From: a bacterium | GTDB lineage: Bacteria; UBP7; UBA6624; JBBIMK01 | Assembly: GCA_037444445.1 (NCBI GenBank) | Contig: JBBIMK010000010.1 | Location: forward strand, 30,001 to 62,000 | DNA: 32,000 bases | Direction of reading: 5' to 3' | Shown: positions 26,568 through 32,000 of the stretch, piece by piece | Numbering within the stretch: position 1 is the first letter of the stretch | Layout of the letters: every line of letters starts with the position of its first letter | Translations under genes and position numbers: made by a program | The notes under the pieces: generated by a model | What the model was told of the DNA's origin: nothing | Databases searched by the model: none | What the model saw: only the letters and a program-made list of their open reading frames with translations

Positions 26568-26576
26568 TGGTATAAT
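26568..26576 (+). promoter_or_regulatory. Extended -10 promoter (TGGTATAAT)
   Basis: TGn + perfect TATAAT lies 25 nt upstream of ATG 26602, which has a strong SD (GAGGGAGGTGA). Confidence 0.5.
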
Positions 26577-26601
26577 GATAGTTGAGGGAGGTGATAGAAA
26601 T

Positions 26602-27303
26602 ATGAAACGAATTGCGGCGGTGGGGCTGATGAGCCTTCTCCTGCTTTTTACTCCGGCTCTCGCTGGAGCGCAGACCTACTCCTCTTTTCCACAAATCACC
26701 CTGATGCCCCTGTTCCCTTCCTACTACTATTTACCCAATTATTACCCGGGAAACTTCTACGGTGGACTGCCTGCTGGATATTCGGCTACTGGATATATGT
26801 CAGGAGTGGGATTCCTGCCCGCTCCTTCCTATTTTTATTACAACCCCTTGGGGGATATACTCAGCCAAGCGCCCATCGGGTATCTGGGGAGGGTTGGAGC
26901 CACGACCTATTTCCAGCCTGTTCCAACCTACGGAAGTGTTGGGTATACCAATCTGTGGTGGAGAACTTATGCCCCTCCCGTGTATGGCTCACTTTACTAC
27001 GGCGGAAACTACATCGGGCCGCCAGCCTTTACACCTTCCGTGCCTTATTACAGCCCTTTCAGAGTCGGCATTGCACCCTGTGAGAATTGGACGCTTTACC
27101 TCATCTTTGGGCTTCCCCTCGGTTACTGCAGTGGAGCAGGAAGCACGCCACCCGCCATCGGCATTCCCGGCTTTCCCTTTTATATTTACCTGAAGACGCC
27201 CCCCTCTTCGCCATCCTTACAGGTAACACCTCCGCCCGTGACGCCGCCAGAGACGCCTCAGCCTTCACCTTCCACCCCTTCTCCAGGCTCAGGGTTAGAA
27301 TGA
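26602..27303 (+). CDS. Secreted Tyr/Gly/Pro-rich low-complexity protein with a Pro/Ser/Thr-rich tail
   Basis: Strong SD precedes a classic signal peptide, MKRIAAVGLMSLLLLFTPALAGAQ. The mature part is rich in Y, G and P (YYYLPNYYPGNFYGG, SYFYYNPLG, VYGSLYYGGNY). The C-terminus reads PPVTPPETPQPSPSTPSPGSG. Confidence 0.7.
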   Translation: MKRIAAVGLMSLLLLFTPALAGAQTYSSFPQITLMPLFPSYYYLPNYYPGNFYGGLPAGYSATGYMSGVGFLPAPSYFYYNPLGDILSQAPIGYLGRVGATTYFQPVPTYGSVGYTNLWWRTYAPPVYGSLYYGGNYIGPPAFTPSVPYYSPFRVGIAPCENWTLYLIFGLPLGYCSGAGSTPPAIGIPGFPFYIYLKTPPSSPSLQVTPPPVTPPETPQPSPSTPSPGSGLE

Positions 27304-27325
27304 CACACGACCAGGTCATTTCGTG

Positions 27326-27425
27326 GTAGCCCCCTAAAATAACTGAGCTTTTGGGGTCTGACCCCAAATAGTGACAGTAGCCCTCTAAAATAACAGCTTT
27401 TGGGGTCTGACCCCAAATAGTGACA
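27326..27425. repeat. Tandem direct duplication (51 + 49 bp), each copy containing the 19-bp perfect palindrome TTTGGGGTCTGACCCCAAA
   Basis: Copy 1 (27326-27376) is gtagccccctaaaataactgagcttttggggtctgaccccaaatagtgaca. Copy 2 (27377-27425) is gtagccctctaaaataacagcttttggggtctgaccccaaatagtgaca. They differ by one substitution and a 2-bp indel. The palindromes lie at 27350-27368 and 27399-27417. Confidence 0.95.
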
Positions 27426-27530
27426 TTATTTGAGTGAGGAGTCTCCCACTCCGAAAAATACTGATATTTATCATAGAATTTCTTTGTAAAATAGTGAAAA
27501 TATAGGGTGGATAGGGATGAAGAGGGAAGG

Positions 27531-28406
27531 ATGATGAAGGAGATTCGGATACACGGGCGTGGAGGGCAGGGGGTGGTAACCGCCGCAGAACTCCTCGTCA
27601 TAGCCTATTTTGAGGAGGGGAAGCATGCCCTCGGTTTTCCTGCCTTCGGTGCGGAGCGGATGGGCGCTCCTGTGCAGGCTTTCGTCCGAATGGATGATAA
27701 GCCCATACGCCTCCGAAGCCAGGTGTATCACCCGGATGTGGTCATTGTTCAGGATGTTTCCCTGATACCCGCTGTGAATGTGCTGGACGGCGTGAGGGAA
27801 GATGGGATAGTGGTTTTGAACACGCGGAGGATAAAGGGATTGGATGCTTTTCCCTTGCCCGCTGGTATGGTGAACCTTTACGCTGTGCCAGCCACAGAGA
27901 TGGCGCTGGAGATTCTGGGGCGAGCCACGCCGAATACGACTCTGCTTGCCGCCTACGCCGGGATTACGAGGGAAGTAAGCCTGCATTCGCTGGAGAAAGC
28001 TCTCGCTCAGCGATTTCACGGGAAGGCTCTGGAGTTGAATAAGCAGGCGGTGCAGAGGGCTTATGACCTCGTTCAGACCCTTTCTCCGGTGAGGCTGGAG
28101 GGAAAGGCAGAACAGGCGGTGGTGGAAGTGGTGAAGAAGAAAGTTGACTCGCCTATGCTGGGGCTGGCGGCTTATCCCGGCTCCAGCCTGGAGTATAAAA
28201 CGGGGGGTTGGCGAACCTTCCGTCCTCATTTCCTTTCCCAGCACTGCAACGACTGTGGACTCTGCGTCATTTACTGTCCGGAAGGTGTGGTGACTCGCAT
28301 AGGTGAGAAGCGATATGAAGCCGATTATGACTACTGCAAAGGATGTGGCATTTGTGCCGAGGTGTGCTCACCCGGGGATATCCAGATGGAGCAGGAGGAG
28401 GCATAA
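27531..28406 (+). CDS. porG: 2-oxoacid:ferredoxin oxidoreductase gamma subunit fused to the delta (2x[4Fe-4S] ferredoxin) subunit
   Basis: The N-terminal part has IRIHGRGGQGVVTAAELL and AFGAERMGAPV, the gamma-subunit pattern. The C-terminal ~80 aa carries CNDCGLCVIYCPEG and CKGCGICAEVCSPG, the delta-type clusters. ATG 27531 follows GAGGGAAGG. Confidence 0.88.
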   Translation: MMKEIRIHGRGGQGVVTAAELLVIAYFEEGKHALGFPAFGAERMGAPVQAFVRMDDKPIRLRSQVYHPDVVIVQDVSLIPAVNVLDGVREDGIVVLNTRRIKGLDAFPLPAGMVNLYAVPATEMALEILGRATPNTTLLAAYAGITREVSLHSLEKALAQRFHGKALELNKQAVQRAYDLVQTLSPVRLEGKAEQAVVEVVKKKVDSPMLGLAAYPGSSLEYKTGGWRTFRPHFLSQHCNDCGLCVIYCPEGVVTRIGEKRYEADYDYCKGCGICAEVCSPGDIQMEQEEA

Positions 28407-29578
28407 TGAAGCGGGTGCTGGAAGGGTCTCTGGCGGTGGCGGAAGCGGTAAAACTATGCCGTCCTCAGGTGGTTTCCGCTTACCCCATCACTCCGCAGAC
28501 GCATATTGTGGAGCATCTGGCGAAGTTTGTGGCGGATGGAGAACTCTCTGCGGAAGTGGTGAATGTAGAGAGTGAACATTCGGCCGCATCGGTGGTGTTG
28601 GGGGCAACGGCATCGGGCGCCCGCTCCTACACAGCCACCTCCTCCCAGGGGCTGATTCTCATGGCTGAGGTGCTGTTCAATATCTCCGGGCTTCGCCTCC
28701 CGGTGGTTATGGGCGTGGCGAATCGTGCCCTCTCGGCTCCCATCAGCATCTGGAACGACCAGCAGGACTCTATGAGCCTCCGGGATTCTGGCTGGTTTCA
28801 GGTGTATGCGGAGAACAATCAGTCTGCCCTGGACTGGCATATTGCAGGCTACCATCTGGCGGAACTCACTTCCCTCCCCATTATGATTTGCATGGATGGA
28901 TATATACTCACCCACGCCTACGAACCCGTAGACATCCCGGAGCAGGAGCAGGTGGATGCCTTCCTTCCATCTTACACGCCGAAGATTCGCCTGGACCCGG
29001 ATTCTCCCATCACTCTGGGCGTTTTAACAGAGCCCGACGCCTACATGGAAACACGCTTCACACTTCATCAGGCTTTGAAGACCGCTCTTGACCATGTGGA
29101 AGGGGTGGGAAAGAAATTTTCAAGGATTTTCGGTCGGGACAGCATCCAACTGGTGGAGGGATACCGTCTGGAAGATGCGGAGGTGGCTGTCGTAGCCACT
29201 GGTTCTGTTGTGGGCACAGTGAAGGAAGCGGTGGATGACCTGCGGAGCTCGGGCAGGCGCGTGGGAGCGCTGGGCCTTCGGGTTTTCCGCCCCTTCCCCC
29301 GGCACGCCGTCCGCTCCGTTCTGGCAAACATCCCCCATATTGCCGTGCTGGAGAAAGCCCTCTCTCCCGGGGGACCTGGCATTCTTTCCGCTGACATCAA
29401 AGATGCTCTCTACGGCGATACTCGCTGGCCCCATATCGCCAGATTCGTGGCAGGACTGGGTGGGAGAGACATCACTGTAGAGCAGGTGGAAGAGATGGTG
29501 CTGAAAACTCTAACAGGCAAGGTGGAAGAGCATTTTTTGGGGCTGAACACCTCCCTTCTGGAGCAAGGCGAAGGCTGA
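28406..29578 (+). CDS. porA: 2-oxoacid:ferredoxin oxidoreductase alpha subunit (POR/VOR type)
   Basis: MKRVLEGSLAVAEAVKLCRPQVVSAYPITPQTHIVE and SEHSAASVVLGA are typical of alpha subunits. The ATG overlaps the upstream stop (TAATG) and follows GGAGGAGG. Confidence 0.9.
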   Translation: MKRVLEGSLAVAEAVKLCRPQVVSAYPITPQTHIVEHLAKFVADGELSAEVVNVESEHSAASVVLGATASGARSYTATSSQGLILMAEVLFNISGLRLPVVMGVANRALSAPISIWNDQQDSMSLRDSGWFQVYAENNQSALDWHIAGYHLAELTSLPIMICMDGYILTHAYEPVDIPEQEQVDAFLPSYTPKIRLDPDSPITLGVLTEPDAYMETRFTLHQALKTALDHVEGVGKKFSRIFGRDSIQLVEGYRLEDAEVAVVATGSVVGTVKEAVDDLRSSGRRVGALGLRVFRPFPRHAVRSVLANIPHIAVLEKALSPGGPGILSADIKDALYGDTRWPHIARFVAGLGGRDITVEQVEEMVLKTLTGKVEEHFLGLNTSLLEQGEG

Positions 29579-29588
29579 GGGATGAAGG

Positions 29589-30482
29589 ATGAAAAGTGGA
29601 GATGAAATAAAGGGATATCCACTCGTGGCGGGGCATCGGGGTTGCCAGGGCTGCGGGCAAGCCTTAGCTGCCCGCATCGCCCTGAAAGCAGCGGGCAGAA
29701 AAGTTGTCCTCGTGAATGCCACCGGATGCCTGGAAGTCTTCACCACCGCTTATCCCTATTCCGCCTGGACCGTGCCGTGGATTCATTCTCTGTTTGAAAA
29801 TACCGCCGCCGTGGCATCCGGTGTGGATGCCGCCTACCGCGCCATGGGCAAGGACAATGCCGTCATCATCGCTCAGGCTGGAGATGGTGGAACCGCAGAC
29901 ATCGGGATTCAAGCCATCTCCGGTATGTTTGAACGCAGGCATCCAATCCTCTTCATCTGCTACGACAATGAAGCCTATATGAACACGGGCATCCAGCGGA
30001 GCGGGCTCACCCCTCTGTATGCCTACACCAGCACCACCCCCACCGGAAAGGCCTCCCTGGGGAATGTGTCCACCAAGAAGGATATGATTCAAATTGCATT
30101 AGCCCACGGAGTTCCCTATGTAGCCTCCGCTACCATCGCATACTATCGGGACCTGGAGAAGAAGGTTCAAAAAGCCGTGCGGGTGATGGGCCCGAGGTAT
30201 CTGCATCTTCATGCTCCCTGCCCTCTGGGCTGGGACTATGACCCGGCGCTGACAGTGAAGATTTCACGCCTCGCCGTTCAAACCGGCCTCTTCCCGCTGG
30301 TGGAGTATGAAAACGGTCAGCTGGTCTCTGTGCGGAAGATTTCCAAAAAACTCCCCGTGGAAGAGTATTTGAAACTTCAGGGGCGCTTTCACCACCTCTT
30401 TGATTCTGAAGAAGGGAAAAAAGCCATCGCCCGGATACAGGCCATTGCCGACGCCAACATCGCTCACTACCCCTTGATGTAA
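29589..30482 (+). CDS. porB: 2-oxoacid:ferredoxin oxidoreductase beta subunit (TPP-binding)
   Basis: GHRGCQGCG cluster/TPP region, GDGGTADIGIQAIS and the YDNEAYMNTG Mg-TPP motif. The gene order gamma-delta-alpha-beta matches POR/VOR operons. Substrate (pyruvate versus branched 2-oxoacids) cannot be decided from sequence by eye. Confidence 0.92.
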   Translation: MKSGDEIKGYPLVAGHRGCQGCGQALAARIALKAAGRKVVLVNATGCLEVFTTAYPYSAWTVPWIHSLFENTAAVASGVDAAYRAMGKDNAVIIAQAGDGGTADIGIQAISGMFERRHPILFICYDNEAYMNTGIQRSGLTPLYAYTSTTPTGKASLGNVSTKKDMIQIALAHGVPYVASATIAYYRDLEKKVQKAVRVMGPRYLHLHAPCPLGWDYDPALTVKISRLAVQTGLFPLVEYENGQLVSVRKISKKLPVEEYLKLQGRFHHLFDSEEGKKAIARIQAIADANIAHYPLM

Positions 30483-30869
30483 TCCTTGCCCCCCCGCCCA
30501 TCCCACGGTTTTACTTCCAGTGGAGCCCCAGTACTGATGGGCTGGACGATTTCCCCTCTCATTCTCTGGTTGTTTGCCGGCAAGTTTCAGGGGAAAATAA
30601 CGCCTGATATAAAGCGAGGTCCGGACAGGCACAGACTGAATGTCCGCCGGTACAGGATAATACGGTCCTTTCTTTTTTGCACGCTTTAAGAGGGTTCTCC
30701 CTTCCTGCTTCTGCCCCGGGCGTGGAAGAGAGCGGTTCAGCGGGAGGGGAAAAAAAGAGAAGACGGCCAGGGGGTGGGATGAGGGAAAAAGAGGTTCCGC
30801 CCTCTATTCGGGCTCCACAGCCTGGTTCAGGAAAATAATAACACCATTTGGTGCCTGAACCCAAAAGGG

Positions 30870-31142
30870 TCACTCTATATAAGGCTGAAATGCAAAATAG
30901 CCCATCAGGAAGAAGAAAGTGGGAATGACCCCACCGTATAGCCAGCCGCGACGCCCGGAAATGAACCCAATCAAGAACGGCCCGCCAATGAAAGCAAACC
31001 TCTGGATAACAGGCTCAACCCACGGCTGTTGCTCCGCACTCCAGATTAAGGACACGAGCCAGTGATAAAGCGGTGAGGTTTTCCCTCCCACGACCCAGAG
31101 TAAAACTCCCAGGCTTAATCCCACACGCTCTCGGCGTGTCAA
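30870..31142 (-). CDS. Small hypothetical membrane protein (~90 aa)
   Basis: Three hydrophobic segments are present (LSLGVLLWVVGG, FAFIGGPFLIGFI, VIPTFFFLMGYFAF). It lies 16 nt downstream of the preceding minus-strand gene. The start codon is non-ATG (TTG 31142, or GTG a few codons in). Confidence 0.45.
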   Translation of the reverse strand: MTRRERVGLSLGVLLWVVGGKTSPLYHWLVSLIWSAEQQPWVEPVIQRFAFIGGPFLIGFISGRRGWLYGGVIPTFFFLMGYFAFQPYIE

Positions 31143-31158
31143 GATGCCTGCTCTCCCG

Positions 31159-32000
31159 TTAGTGAATCAGCACCAGCTTCTTAATGACTTGCTTGTTTCG
31201 GTCCAGCAACTTTCCCTCTCGCTCCATGTTGAGGAACTTATCCACTTCCATCGCCCAATCAGGGTCCACTGGTTTTCCGCTCCGGTTATAGCAAAGGGGC
31301 ACACCTCTATGGAACCTCGTGGGAGTGTTACTCATCACTATACCCACATAGGTGAAGTCTCCCGGAGTCGGGTGCTCTCTGGAAACATCCTGAATGGGCT
31401 GGCCGGTATAAGGGTTCTTGAGTGGGAGGACAACTCCGGTTGCCTGCAGGTCGGTCCATGTTCGGGGAAGGTCAAATCCATAAGATGTCACACTCTGCAT
31501 GAGGGACCCAATATACTGGCAAATAGAAAAGAGTCTTTTATCTGCCCGGTCAGCGGAAGAGAGCAGGGCTCTTACCCGGTCCGCCGGGGAAGGTTGGCTC
31601 TCTCCCATAAAGGTGGAGGATGTCCAGAGCTGCTTTTCAGCTACCTTTTGGCTTATGCTGAATAGTGCTGCTTCTACCTCTCCAGGGGGCGAACCCTCCG
31701 CCGTGCGTTCCTGGAAGAAATAAAGACGCACTCCGCCGCCAACCATGGATTCAAAGAGCATATTGCCGAGAAAAGAGGGGTCTACTGAAGTATCTAAACG
31801 CACCTCACCCACTTCCTCTCTGCTCAACACCTGCAACGGCCTGGAGGTGTAAGGGTTCACTAATTCATCCCGGTTTACCACCAGGTAAGGAGAATTCAGG
31901 AGTTCCTCCGCATCGGTGGGAAACCGCTTCTCTGCCCTCGCAAAAAGCTCCAGGGCGCTCATGATTGCAAACTGGTTCGCAAAATTCCTTTTGAACTTAT
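31159..32000 (-). CDS. Hypothetical protein with a pseudopilin-like segment; N-terminus probably outside the window
   Basis: The reading frame stays open upstream of Met 31962 to the window edge (...KFKRNFANQFAI-MSALELFARAEKRFP). The segment ALELFARAEKRFP, together with NPYTSRP and NPYTGQP motifs, resembles the pilin-like core seen in 23896-24741. Confidence 0.55.
   Translation of the reverse strand, partial: KFKRNFANQFAIMSALELFARAEKRFPTDAEELLNSPYLVVNRDELVNPYTSRPLQVLSREEVGEVRLDTSVDPSFLGNMLFESMVGGGVRLYFFQERTAEGSPPGEVEAALFSISQKVAEKQLWTSSTFMGESQPSPADRVRALLSSADRADKRLFSICQYIGSLMQSVTSYGFDLPRTWTDLQATGVVLPLKNPYTGQPIQDVSREHPTPGDFTYVGIVMSNTPTRFHRGVPLCYNRSGKPVDPDWAMEVDKFLNMEREGKLLDRNKQVIKKLVLIH

Noticed and set aside
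27326-27425. Possible CRISPR array.
   Set aside because: There are only two copies and they abut directly with no spacer. The copies differ by an indel, and no cas genes or leader are nearby. This is a tandem duplication, not a CRISPR.

Overview
Dense, mostly housekeeping chromosomal window from an unidentified bacterium, with moderate GC, GGAGG-type ribosome-binding sites and many extended -10 promoters. All calls come from reading the sequence and ORF track by eye; no database search was possible.

Recognisable content, in order:
- a 5'-truncated PQQ-type beta-propeller protein
- a secreted CXXC-less thioredoxin-fold/helical-repeat protein
- mfd
- a ~990-aa protein with seven PKD-like repeats and a C-terminal CXXC-less TlpA-like domain
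- a small DUF2007-like ORF
- a TPP-riboswitch-controlled thiC-pncA-thi4 operon
- about 0.8 kb with only frame-broken ORFs
- a lemA-DUF2207 pair
- dxr
- a YfcH-type epimerase-family protein
- purF
- tRNA-Glu(UUC)
- a thioredoxin-like 2Fe-2S ferredoxin
- pspC plus a LiaF/toastrack-like partner
- a UbiA-family phosphoribosyltransferase-like protein
- nusB
- hypothetical envelope proteins, two with pseudopilin-like cores
- a PHP-domain hydrolase
- a Tyr/Gly/Pro-rich secreted protein
- a porG-D(fused)/porA/porB 2-oxoacid:ferredoxin oxidoreductase operon

I saw no CRISPR array, transposase, integrase, phage gene or recognised defence gene.

The observations most worth follow-up are:
- the nicotinamidase embedded in the riboswitch-controlled thiC/thi4 operon
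- a tandemly duplicated 19-bp perfect palindrome upstream of the POR operon
- two redox-dead thioredoxin folds fused to surface modules
- the decayed or structured 0.8-kb locus at 13.1-13.9 kb
- several apparently leaderless genes

None of these can be shown to be a new system from sequence alone.
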